From contig CAVZJB010000016.1 in the NCBI GenBank assembly GCA_963775425.1, positions 800,001 through 864,000 on the forward strand: a stretch of DNA of 64,000 bases. The letters run 5' to 3'. The notes beneath the pieces were generated by a model that was not told the origin of the DNA, ran no database searches, and worked only from the letters and a program-made list of their open reading frames with translations. Each line of letters opens with the position of its first letter. Within the stretch, counting starts at the first letter, position 1. A program made the translations under genes and the position numbers. Below are positions 52,746-61,794 of this stretch, in pieces. Source of the stretch: an uncultured delta proteobacterium (GTDB lineage: Bacteria; Myxococcota; UBA727; VGSZ01).

Positions 52746-53249
52746 ATGCACCGAGCCGCACGCTTCGTCATGAGCCTTGTGTTGGTCTGCGGAGCCGCCG
52801 CGTGCGGCGCGGAGCGCTTCGAGGACCTGATTATCGATGAGGTCAGCCTCAGCAACTTCCAGTTCGGTCAGGCCGGGGTTGTCCTGGGCTACAGCGACGC
52901 CACCGCCGACATGGAGCTCCGCGACCTCGACGGCGAGACCCACCAGTTCGTGGCGCACCTCACGGGCCCCGCCATCGGCTTCATCCTCGACGCCGAATTC
53001 GCACAGCCCCCCATCGCCTTCAACGACGAGGATGTGAAGGTGAGCAAGCCAAACACGTCACCGGCGCTCGGCAAGGACATGCTGGGCGGGTACTTCGGCA
53101 GCACCTTCTCCGGGATGCTGGTGGGCGGCGCCGCCGGCGTCTCGATGACGAACGACAAGGGCGCCGCGATCGACGCCCTCGTGTACGGGTACGGGCTCGG
53201 TGGAGCCGTCGGGCTCACGTGGCTGAACCTGGACGTGCGCGACCCCTGA
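52746..53249 (+). CDS. Lipoprotein, possibly EipA/DUF1134-like beta fold
   Basis: Lipobox AAAC; TGPAIGF...GGYFG...VGGAAGVSMTNDKG...GLGGAVGL pattern. Confidence 0.65.
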   Translation: MHRAARFVMSLVLVCGAAACGAERFEDLIIDEVSLSNFQFGQAGVVLGYSDATADMELRDLDGETHQFVAHLTGPAIGFILDAEFAQPPIAFNDEDVKVSKPNTSPALGKDMLGGYFGSTFSGMLVGGAAGVSMTNDKGAAIDALVYGYGLGGAVGLTWLNLDVRDP

Positions 53250-53758
53250 CGCACCCACCTGACGCGGCCGTGCCTCGAGTCGGCGTGCACCCCAGCCACG
53301 GCCGCGGCGCCACGCAGTAGGATGGCGCTTTGGAACACGCGCCACGCCTCTCGTCCCTCATCGCAGTGGCTTGCTCGTCTCTCGCGTGTGGCCCGTCGGA
53401 TCCATCCGCGCATCGCAGAGATCCCGCGCAGCATCGATGCCTTCGATCAGGCGTTGCGCGCCTTCGGCAATTGGAGCGCCCAGGTCGACGCGAGCTCGCT
53501 CGGGACGCTGGTGGACGCTCCCGGCAGCGAGACAACGCTGCAGTCCCTTCAGCTCGACGGGCAGGCGGCCCTCTTCGATGCAGGCGTGAGTCTCTACCGC
53601 GACCGTATGGCGCCGAGGTGCATTCCCGGGCGCGACATCCTCGAAGCTGACGACTTGCTCGCGTGGCTCGAGGTACCGACGTCCATCAGGACGCGCCTCG
53701 AGCAAGGTGGCGTTGCCGGCTTCGCCGGCGCCGCAGTCGCCGGACGACCCCGGGCGGC

Positions 53759-54130
53759 TCACTCCTCGTCGGACACGTGCAGCACCGGCGGCGCCCCGAA
53801 GCGATCCTCGAACTCGAAGTAGAGGCGCTCCAGGTGCACGCGCGCCTCGTCGCCGCCGGCGTAGAAGCGGAACGCGAGCTCACCCTGGCCGCGGGCGCCG
53901 GGCTCGTCGAGCTCGTCGGCGAACAGGCGGCGCAGCGCCTCGCGGGCGGAGCGGGCGGCGTAGAAGTAGAAGACCATGGCGCTCTTGCCCTTCGGGTACA
54001 ACGCGAGGGACTTGTCCAGCCGCGACACCTGCACCGCCGCCGGCGCGTCCGGCGCGTGCTGCGTGACGCCGGCGGCGCTGAGCGGGAACCACTCGGAGAA
54101 GCCGGCCGGCTCGACGGGGGAGCCCGTCAT
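53759..54130 (-). CDS. Hypothetical protein, degenerate GIY-YIG-like
   Basis: ATG overlaps the qor stop; FSEWFPL...APDAPAAVQV...YPKGKSAMVFY...FEDRFGAPP. Confidence 0.7.
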   Translation of the reverse strand: MTGSPVEPAGFSEWFPLSAAGVTQHAPDAPAAVQVSRLDKSLALYPKGKSAMVFYFYAARSAREALRRLFADELDEPGARGQGELAFRFYAGGDEARVHLERLYFEFEDRFGAPPVLHVSDEE

Positions 54131-55110
54131 GGCGTCAACACCAGCGCGCCGGTGGTCTTTCGGCCTTCGAGGTCCTCGTGGGCGCGCGCGGCCTCCGCGA
54201 GCGGGTAGCGGCCGCCCACCGCCGGGGTGAGCGAGCCCTTCTCGACGGCGGCGAACAACGCGTTGGCGGAGGCGCGGTACTCGCCCGCGTCGGCGATGTA
54301 GTCGAAGAGCGTGGGGCGCGTGAGGAAGAGCGAGCCCTTGCGCGCGAGCAAGGCCGGATCGAAGGGGCCGACGGGGCCCGAGGCCTGTCCGAACAACACG
54401 AGCATCCCTCGCGCGCGCAGCGCATCGAGCGACTCGGGAAAGGAGTCCTTGCCGACGGAGTCGTAGACGACGTCGACGCCGGCGGGCTGCAGCTCGCGCA
54501 CGCGCGCCGCGAGCTTGCCGTAGTCGCGGCCCGCGCCGGCGGTGAGCACGTGGTGCGCGCCCGCCTGCAGCGCCGTGCGCGCCTTCTGCTCGGTGGAGAC
54601 CACGCCTATCACCTTGGCGCCGAGCGCGCGGCCCCACTGGCACAGGAGCGTGCCGACGCCGCCGCCCGCGGCATACACGAGGATGGTGTGCCGCGCGTCG
54701 ACGCGGAAGGTGCGGCGCAGCAGGTACTCCGCCGTGAGGCCCTTCAACATCACCGCCGCGGCGACGTCGTCGGGGACGCCCGCGGGGAGCTCGAGCAGCG
54801 ACATGGCGGGGACGTTGCGCTCCTCGGCGTACGCGCCTGGCGGCTTGTAGACGTAGGCGACGCGCGCGCCGGGCTTGAGGTGGGTGACGCCCGAGCCGAC
54901 GTCGACGACGACGCCGGCGGCCTCCGTGCCGAGCACCGTGGGCAGCGGCAGCGGGTAGAGCCCGGTGCGGTGGTAGATGTCGATGAAGTCGACCCCGATG
55001 GCGGTGTGCCGCACGCGCACCTCGCCCGGCCCCGGAGGCGGGACGTCGATGTCGTCGACGACGAGGCTCGACGGCGGCCCCGGCTGATGGATACGGACGG
55101 CGCGGACCAT
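54127..55110 (-). CDS. qor: NADPH:quinone oxidoreductase (zeta-crystallin family)
   Basis: FIDIYHRTGLYP, LGTEAAG, AAGGGVG, VYDSVGK, KGSLFLTRPTL, AHEDLEGRKTTG. Confidence 0.93.
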   Translation of the reverse strand: MVRAVRIHQPGPPSSLVVDDIDVPPPGPGEVRVRHTAIGVDFIDIYHRTGLYPLPLPTVLGTEAAGVVVDVGSGVTHLKPGARVAYVYKPPGAYAEERNVPAMSLLELPAGVPDDVAAAVMLKGLTAEYLLRRTFRVDARHTILVYAAGGGVGTLLCQWGRALGAKVIGVVSTEQKARTALQAGAHHVLTAGAGRDYGKLAARVRELQPAGVDVVYDSVGKDSFPESLDALRARGMLVLFGQASGPVGPFDPALLARKGSLFLTRPTLFDYIADAGEYRASANALFAAVEKGSLTPAVGGRYPLAEAARAHEDLEGRKTTGALVLTP

Positions 55111-55187
55111 GCCCCACCAATAGCCCACGACAGGCGCGCGCGCACCCACCGGCACAGGGGCGGCGCCCGCGCAACGATGAACGCCGC

Positions 55188-57056
55188 TCAGGCCCCGCTG
55201 TCGTCGAGGACCAGCGTCGTCGGCGCCAGGATCACGTCGTCGCCCCGCGTCGCGGACACCTGGTACGTGAGGAAGTCCGCCTGGGCGAAGTCCGGGACCA
55301 CCGCGAACCGAATGGCCACGTCCCCCGGCGCGTCGGCCTCGAGCGCGTCGTTCCAGTTGTGGTGCGTGCTCGTGTAGCGCTGGGCGTCGAACGCATCGAT
55401 GAAGAAGCGCTGGCCCGGCAACAACAGCTCCGTCGACACCGCCGCGTACAGCGTGCTCGTCCCCGCGCCCTGCCCCACCGCGCGGCGGACGACGCGCAGG
55501 ATGACGGCGCCGTCGGCGCTGTGCAGGGAGAGCGTCTCGTCGGGATCCACCCGGATGCCCTCGAGGCGCGACGGCGTGACGAGCGCCCCCCAGGGGAAGC
55601 CGGCGCCGTCGTCGACGTCGACGCGCGCGGCGGCGCCGTAGTCGCTCACGGTCACCGCCGCGCCGCCGACGGTGAAGGAGAAGCCCGGGTGGTCGTCGAC
55701 GTCCACGTCGCCGTCCTTTTCGAAGCGCTGCCCGAGCACGCTCGTGTCGTCGCCGAACACCACGGGCACCACGGCGACGACGTCGTAGCCGGGCGCGGCG
55801 GCGCGCGGGCACGTAAGCGCCTGCAGAACGAACGAGTCGAAGCCGAGGACGCCGAGGCCACGGACGGCGGCGCCGTCACAGGAGAGCGAGCGCTCGAGCG
55901 CCGTGGCGTCGACGCGGACAGGCGGGCGGTCGACGCTCCAGGTGCTCGTGCTCTCCGCGCCCGTCGCGAGGTCGCGGTCGACGACGTCGATAGCAGCGGC
56001 GTCGCCGAAGCCGTTGATTCCCGACAGGAGCACGGTGCGCGGGGCGATCCCGCTTTGGACGAGGGGCGCGGCCGCGAAGAAGGAGGCGTACGAGGCGAGA
56101 TCGCGGTCGAAGTCGATCTCGCTGTCCTCTTCCCAGTTGTGGTGCTGCGCGGCGTAGGTGTGCGCCCAGAAGCCCGTGGCGCGGAAGGAGACGAAGGGAG
56201 CGTCGCTGCGCACGAGCAGCGTGCTTTGCCAGAGCACCGGCGCGCTGCCGGCGAAGGTGTCGGCGGTGACGACGTGGCGGATGAGCGCCGCGCGGTCGCC
56301 GCCGCGGGCGGCGGTGATGACCTCGAGGGCGTCGACGGGCTCGAAGACCGCGCCGCCGTCGCAGGGCTCGAGGTACGCGGAGACGCCGGCGGCGGCGTCC
56401 TCCCAGCCGAACGAGACCGCGGTGCCCTCGCCGTACACCACCGGCGCCGGCGCGGCGGCGTCCCGGGAGGTCACGGCGATGCTCTCGACGACGTCACCCG
56501 CGGCGCCGAGGACGTAGCGGTTCTGGGCGCGCAGGACGACGAACGACGGGTTCTGGTCGTCGACACGCCAGTCGACGACGACGGCGTCGCCCGGGCACGC
56601 GCTCGTCTCGAAGCGCTCGGAGGCGAGCACGCCGCGCTCGACGGCCACGCCGACCAGGCCGGCGGCCGCGAGGTCCGCGCGGCGGAAGCTCGGTCGCTCC
56701 TGCGACGGGATCACGATGCGCACCTTCTTGTTCCGCTCGTCGGCGCGCGACGCCCCCTCGCTCCAGGCGCTGCAGAGCGTGAGCGGATCGGGCCACGAGA
56801 TCGAGAGCGCGTCGAAGGGCGTCCCCGTGAGCGACCCGTCGTCGGGGCCGACGCCCGCGTGGCCCGGGCACTGCGGCGGCGGCGGCGGCGGGCCCTCTCC
56901 CTCACCTTCACCCTCGCCTTCACCCTCGCCCTCACCCTCGCCCTCGCCCTCGCCCTCGCCCTCGCCGGCGCCGGGGGGCGCGCATGACGCCGACGCGAGC
57001 GCCGCCAGCGCCGCGAACGCCGCAGCGAAGAGGAGCCAGGCCGCGTGCCGCTTCAT
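55188..57056 (-). CDS. Hypothetical lipoprotein with GE linker and duplicated HHNW domain
   Basis: Lipobox ASASC; long GE repeat; YAAQHHNWEE and YTSTHHNWND. Confidence 0.8.
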   Translation of the reverse strand: MKRHAAWLLFAAAFAALAALASASCAPPGAGEGEGEGEGEGEGEGEGEGEGEGEGPPPPPPQCPGHAGVGPDDGSLTGTPFDALSISWPDPLTLCSAWSEGASRADERNKKVRIVIPSQERPSFRRADLAAAGLVGVAVERGVLASERFETSACPGDAVVVDWRVDDQNPSFVVLRAQNRYVLGAAGDVVESIAVTSRDAAAPAPVVYGEGTAVSFGWEDAAAGVSAYLEPCDGGAVFEPVDALEVITAARGGDRAALIRHVVTADTFAGSAPVLWQSTLLVRSDAPFVSFRATGFWAHTYAAQHHNWEEDSEIDFDRDLASYASFFAAAPLVQSGIAPRTVLLSGINGFGDAAAIDVVDRDLATGAESTSTWSVDRPPVRVDATALERSLSCDGAAVRGLGVLGFDSFVLQALTCPRAAAPGYDVVAVVPVVFGDDTSVLGQRFEKDGDVDVDDHPGFSFTVGGAAVTVSDYGAAARVDVDDGAGFPWGALVTPSRLEGIRVDPDETLSLHSADGAVILRVVRRAVGQGAGTSTLYAAVSTELLLPGQRFFIDAFDAQRYTSTHHNWNDALEADAPGDVAIRFAVVPDFAQADFLTYQVSATRGDDVILAPTTLVLDDSGA

Positions 57057-57238
57057 GTGCGCATCACAGCAACGACCACGCCACCGCGCTCCGCCGCGTG
57101 AAGGCGCGCACAGCGGGTGCCCGCATCAGGAATCTGACGACCCGCGCGCACCAGCTCTCACAGTCAACCAACCGATACATGCGAAATTCGGTGTTCCACA
57201 CGACGCGGGCGGCACCGGCCCGGGCCTACTCTCGTCGG

Positions 57239-59641
57239 ATGACAAAACGTCGCGCCTTCGCCGCCGGGTCCGCGCCGATGATTGTCGCGATCGCCGGCGC
57301 CGCGCTGGCCGCGGCCGGCTGCGTGACGAAGCTGCCCCACGGGCCGACCCCGACCAAGGCGCCGGTGGAGGGCGAAGGCGAGGGCGAGGGCGAAGGCGAA
57401 GGCGTCGTCTTCGAGTGCCCCACCGACGCGAGCGCCGGCAGCCTCGACGAGATGGCGCAGCGCTACGCCACCGACATCGATCCGCTGATGACGCGCGCGC
57501 AGGGCGGCTGCATCGCGTGCCACGCCGCCGACAGCGGGCGCTTGATGACGCTCGCCGACACCGCCGAAAACAGCTTCTTCCGCATTCGCGCCAGCGGCTT
57601 CTTCCGCCTCGTGAACGGCATGATCCCCGAGCGCGTCATCCATGACTCCATGCCGCAGGGCGGCCCCGCGTGGACGCAAGACGAAAAGGACCTGCTGCTC
57701 AACTTCGCCTGCGACCTCGCCACGCTCGACGACGCCGGGGTCCCGCCGGACGAGGAATTCCCGCCCGAGCTGCTGTCGCCGTACACCGGCCCGGCCGTCA
57801 CCGACTACGACGACACCTTCCTCACCTACGAGCAGCTCCGCGGCCGCGTCATCCAGACCTTCGACGACGACTGGGTGCGCCTCGGCGTCGATCAGTTCTC
57901 GCAGAACATCTCGCTGTTCGGCGGCGCCGACTTCGTCACCACGTTCGTCCCCGCGCGCGACGCCGCACCCGAGTTCTTCGTGGGCCTCGACCTCCTCGCC
58001 GAGGACGTCTGCGGCCGCGCCGCCGCCGACGAGACCGGGCCGTTCGCCGGGCTCGACCTCGACGCCCCCATCGTCGCCGAGCCGCTGCCGGCGCTGCAGT
58101 CGCTCGAGGCCGAGCAGCAGACCATCACGGGCCTGCCCGCCGGCTGCATGCCCGGGCCCAACTCCACCACCGTGTCCCTTTGCACCAACGCCACCATCTC
58201 CACCACGCTCACGTTCCCCATCGGCGGCGACTACACCATCGTCGTCACTGCGCGCGGCACGGAGGCGGGGCCCGACCTGCCCGCCATGGACGTCTCCGTC
58301 GACGGCGTCGTCGCGCAGACCTTCGGCGTCCCCGCCGGCAGCCTGCAGGACTTCTCCGTCACCACGCACATCGACGGCGGCAGCCACATCGTGTCCGTCG
58401 CCTTCACCAACGACTTCGTCGATCCCGACACCAACGCCGACCGCAACCTCATCGTCGACAAGTACACCATCGACGGCCCCACGCCCGGCAGCACCGACGG
58501 CTCCGCCACCGGCCCCGCCGACGCCAAGGCGCGCCTGGCCGCCATCTTTCAGCGCATCCTGCTCCGGCCGCCGGTGCAGGACGGCGGCCCCGACGACGAG
58601 ATCAACCCGCTCTACGACACGCTGGTGCAGCTCGAGCAGTTCGACGGCGATCGCCGCGGCGCGTTCGCCGGCGCGTGTCAGGGGCTCCTGCAGCACCCGG
58701 ACTTCCTCTTCACGCGGCCGGCCGCGTTCGACACGGCCGTCGGCGGCGAGCGCGAGCGCCTGCTGCTCGTCAAGACCGCGCTCGACCTCGTGAACCGGCC
58801 GCCGTCGCCGGACGAATTCGGGCGCTTCGACACCGGCGAGAGCCGTGAGCAGCTCGTCGACGAGTGGCTGCACTCAGACGAGTTCAAGGCCGCGTACAAC
58901 CAGAAGGTGCGCGCCATCCTCGAGTTCGACGGCACGCCCGACGGCGACGAGCCGGCGCGGCTGTGGACCTACGTGATGGACAACGATCGTCCGCTCAAGG
59001 AGATCCTCACCGCCGACTACACCGTCGACGAGTCCGGTAACCGCGTGGCGCGCTCGGCCGAGCACGGGGCCACCGGGCTCCTCACCATGAAGGGGTACAT
59101 CAAGGGCAAGCCCGGCCTGCCCCACTACAACTACGCTGCGCGCGTGTTCACGGGCTTCATGGGCTTCGTGTTCAACGTGCCGCAGGAGGCGCTTGACGCG
59201 CGGGCCACGGCCACGGCGGCGTCGACGGTGGATCCCACGAGCATCTGCTTCTCCTGCCACCGCCTGCTCACGCCGCTCGCGCACCAGCGCCTGAAGTGGG
59301 ACGACGACGGCAACTACCGAGAGACCTTCGACGACGGCCGCCCCATCGACGACACCGACCACGGGCTCGTCGAGGACTACCCCTTCAAGGGCCCCGGCAT
59401 CGAGAGCTTCGCGTTGGTGGCCGTGCGCAAGGAGGGCTTCATCCGGCGCATGGCCAACGTGCACTGGGCGTTCTCGTTCGGGCGCAACCTGCGCCACGAC
59501 CAGGACGAGCGCGACGTCTACCTCGAGCTGTGGAACGCCGCCAACAGCGGCAACGGCACGTTCCGCGACGTGATGAAGACCGTGCTGTTCTCGAGGACCT
59601 ACGAAAACCCCAACCCGCCCACGGACGGAGGTGCCCCATGA
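57239..59641 (+). CDS. Lipoprotein with two c-type heme motifs, Ca-dependent CBM-like domain and DUF1592/DUF1588-like (PSD/PSCyt) regions
   Basis: Lipobox AAGC; GE linker; CIACH (57509-57523) with MPQGG; FTND...DRNLIVD; LLRPP, HPDFLF, GLLT; CFSCH (59246-59260). Confidence 0.8.
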   Translation: MTKRRAFAAGSAPMIVAIAGAALAAAGCVTKLPHGPTPTKAPVEGEGEGEGEGEGVVFECPTDASAGSLDEMAQRYATDIDPLMTRAQGGCIACHAADSGRLMTLADTAENSFFRIRASGFFRLVNGMIPERVIHDSMPQGGPAWTQDEKDLLLNFACDLATLDDAGVPPDEEFPPELLSPYTGPAVTDYDDTFLTYEQLRGRVIQTFDDDWVRLGVDQFSQNISLFGGADFVTTFVPARDAAPEFFVGLDLLAEDVCGRAAADETGPFAGLDLDAPIVAEPLPALQSLEAEQQTITGLPAGCMPGPNSTTVSLCTNATISTTLTFPIGGDYTIVVTARGTEAGPDLPAMDVSVDGVVAQTFGVPAGSLQDFSVTTHIDGGSHIVSVAFTNDFVDPDTNADRNLIVDKYTIDGPTPGSTDGSATGPADAKARLAAIFQRILLRPPVQDGGPDDEINPLYDTLVQLEQFDGDRRGAFAGACQGLLQHPDFLFTRPAAFDTAVGGERERLLLVKTALDLVNRPPSPDEFGRFDTGESREQLVDEWLHSDEFKAAYNQKVRAILEFDGTPDGDEPARLWTYVMDNDRPLKEILTADYTVDESGNRVARSAEHGATGLLTMKGYIKGKPGLPHYNYAARVFTGFMGFVFNVPQEALDARATATAASTVDPTSICFSCHRLLTPLAHQRLKWDDDGNYRETFDDGRPIDDTDHGLVEDYPFKGPGIESFALVAVRKEGFIRRMANVHWAFSFGRNLRHDQDERDVYLELWNAANSGNGTFRDVMKTVLFSRTYENPNPPTDGGAP

Positions 59642-61338
59642 CACGCGACCGCTCCCGGCCGCCCATGACACCCGAGCGCTCCCTCCGGTCGCCCATGAAG
59701 CGGCGCTCCTTCCTCGGAGGCGCCGTCGCCACCGGCGCCATCTCGGTGGCCGAGTGGCTCGGCTTCTTCAGTCGCCACGGCGTCCCCGGCACCGCCAGGG
59801 ACTGGGGCATCGCGCAGGCGCGCGCCCAGGAGGAACAGGAGGATCGCTTCCTCGTGTACTGGTTCGTGGAGGGCGGCTGGGACAGCTACTCGATGTTCGG
59901 CCCGGTGCACACGCGGAACGACTCGGCCATCGACGTCCCCGTCAACACGCTGAACCCCACGCCCCCGTGGAGCCAGCAGATCTATCGCGTGGGCAACTAC
60001 GGCAACGCGCCCTACCCCGTCCCGCAGACGGTGAACGGCATCGAGCACGGCTACCTCGCCGTCGACGGACAGCCGCTGTTCCCGGACATGGCCGTGGTGT
60101 CTTCGGTGAAGGGCAACCTGTTTCACTCGGGCGGCCGCTGGGACATGCACTACGGCACGTACAACCACTCGCTGACGGCCTTCCGCGGCGACGACGAGCG
60201 CACCGTGATGCAGGCGTTCGCCGAGGCCAAGGGCGGCTCGTTCCTGCTGCCGAACGTGTCGTGGCACCGCTGGCTCTCCGACGGCGAGCTCGACCTCGGG
60301 CAATACCCGCCGGGCACCGGCTACTACGAGAACCTCGGCCCCGCGTACGCGCACACCGTCTACGGACACACCCCGCGCGACCTGAAGGCGCGGCTGTTGT
60401 CCACGGGCGACGTCGCCACGCAGGAGCGGCGCCGCATCATTCGCGGCTACACCGACGCCATCCAGGCGCGCTTCCTGCGCGGCCGCGACAGCGCCAGCGT
60501 GCGCGCGTTCGCGTCGGCGCTCGAGATCCACAAGTCGCTCGCCGACCGCGGCGGCACCTTCGACGTGGCTTCGCTGTTCTCCGACGATCAGCTCAAGACC
60601 GAGTTCGGCGTGCGTGACGGCGACGAGCTCACCACCGCCACCGTCGTGAACGGCAACCCGGCCCGCAGCAAGGAGTCGCCGCACATCCGGGTGCAGGCCA
60701 TGATGGCCTACGAGCTGATGCGCGCGAAGATCTCGTGTGCGCTCTGGCTCGAGACCCGCGACGTGCGCCTGTTCGACAGCCACCGCGCGCGCAGGAACGT
60801 GCTCAACGCCGACACCAACTCCGATCAGCTCCAGCTCGCGCGCGACGAGATCTGGAACCCGCTCATCGCGTTCGTCGCCAAGCTCAAGACCACCGAGATG
60901 CTGGGGGAGCCGGGCGTGTCTTTGTGGGACCGGACCAACATCGTGCTGTGCTCGGAGATGTCCCGGACCCTCCAGGGCGACGTCGAAGCCATCTTGTCGT
61001 CAGGCGACGCCACGGACAGCAAGTACCAGCAGATCCTGGACCAGGACGTCTGCCAGCACTGGCACGTGTCGTCCGCGGCGTTCCTCGGGGCCAACGTCAA
61101 CGGCGGCACGCAGTTCGGGCGCGTGGGCGCGTCGACGCTGGAGAGCATCCCCATCCTCGCCGACGGCTCCCTCGACCCGGCCTTCGATGCCCAGACCGGG
61201 CAGCAGAGCGGCAACCAGACGGGCTTTGTCGCCGAGCCCGGCCACATCTACTCCACCGCCCTCTCGCTCGGCGGCGTCGACCCGACGAACGTCGGCAGGA
61301 ACACCAAGCCCGCGCTGTCCTTCATCAAGAAGGCCTGA
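59638..61338 (+). CDS. Tat-exported DUF1501-family protein
   Basis: KRRSFLGG twin-arginine signal; FVEGGWD, FDSH, SEMSRT, HW, GANVNGGTQFG. ATG overlaps the upstream stop (ATGA); alternative start 59695. Confidence 0.85.
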   Translation: MTRDRSRPPMTPERSLRSPMKRRSFLGGAVATGAISVAEWLGFFSRHGVPGTARDWGIAQARAQEEQEDRFLVYWFVEGGWDSYSMFGPVHTRNDSAIDVPVNTLNPTPPWSQQIYRVGNYGNAPYPVPQTVNGIEHGYLAVDGQPLFPDMAVVSSVKGNLFHSGGRWDMHYGTYNHSLTAFRGDDERTVMQAFAEAKGGSFLLPNVSWHRWLSDGELDLGQYPPGTGYYENLGPAYAHTVYGHTPRDLKARLLSTGDVATQERRRIIRGYTDAIQARFLRGRDSASVRAFASALEIHKSLADRGGTFDVASLFSDDQLKTEFGVRDGDELTTATVVNGNPARSKESPHIRVQAMMAYELMRAKISCALWLETRDVRLFDSHRARRNVLNADTNSDQLQLARDEIWNPLIAFVAKLKTTEMLGEPGVSLWDRTNIVLCSEMSRTLQGDVEAILSSGDATDSKYQQILDQDVCQHWHVSSAAFLGANVNGGTQFGRVGASTLESIPILADGSLDPAFDAQTGQQSGNQTGFVAEPGHIYSTALSLGGVDPTNVGRNTKPALSFIKKA

Positions 61339-61443
61339 CCGCCGAAGCCGAGATCGGACGCGGCCGCGGGGGCCCGCGTCGGAAGACTCGCGGCGCCGGC
61401 TCACCCGTGGCCTCCTCCACGTCGACGAACCCGTCGACGACCC

Positions 61444-61467
61444 GTAGGGCGGGGGCTTGTCCCCCGC
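61444..61467. repeat. Dispersed copy of the GTAG REP
   Basis: GTAGGGCGGGGGCTTGTCCCCCGC, one loop substitution relative to the 49836 units. Confidence 0.85.
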
Positions 61468-61794
61468 GTCGGAGAGGCCCGGCGCCGGGGACGGTGCCGG
61501 TCCGTCGTAACGCCGCTGAGCTCGAAGGGTGAGGCGCAATGTGATCCATGCGGCGCGGACGTGCCGTGTCGACGCGTGCGGCGACGACGGCGACGACCGT
61601 CGCCCCGACGCGACAAAGGCGCCGAAGGCGCGGTCGATGATCGCGGTCGAGGCGCGCCGATGGCGAGGCGCGAGGAGGGAGCGTGGCCGTCGCCACGTGA
61701 CCGACGAGCAACGAAGCCAGCGGCGATGGATCGGCCGCGAGGGCGATCGAGTTGTTCATTCGGGGGCCCTAAGCTCGTAACGCCGCTCGACTCA

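Noticed and set aside
61340-61790. 144-aa minus-strand ORF (61325-61759)
   Set aside because: Weak codon bias, runs through the REP copy, and has no recognisable motif.
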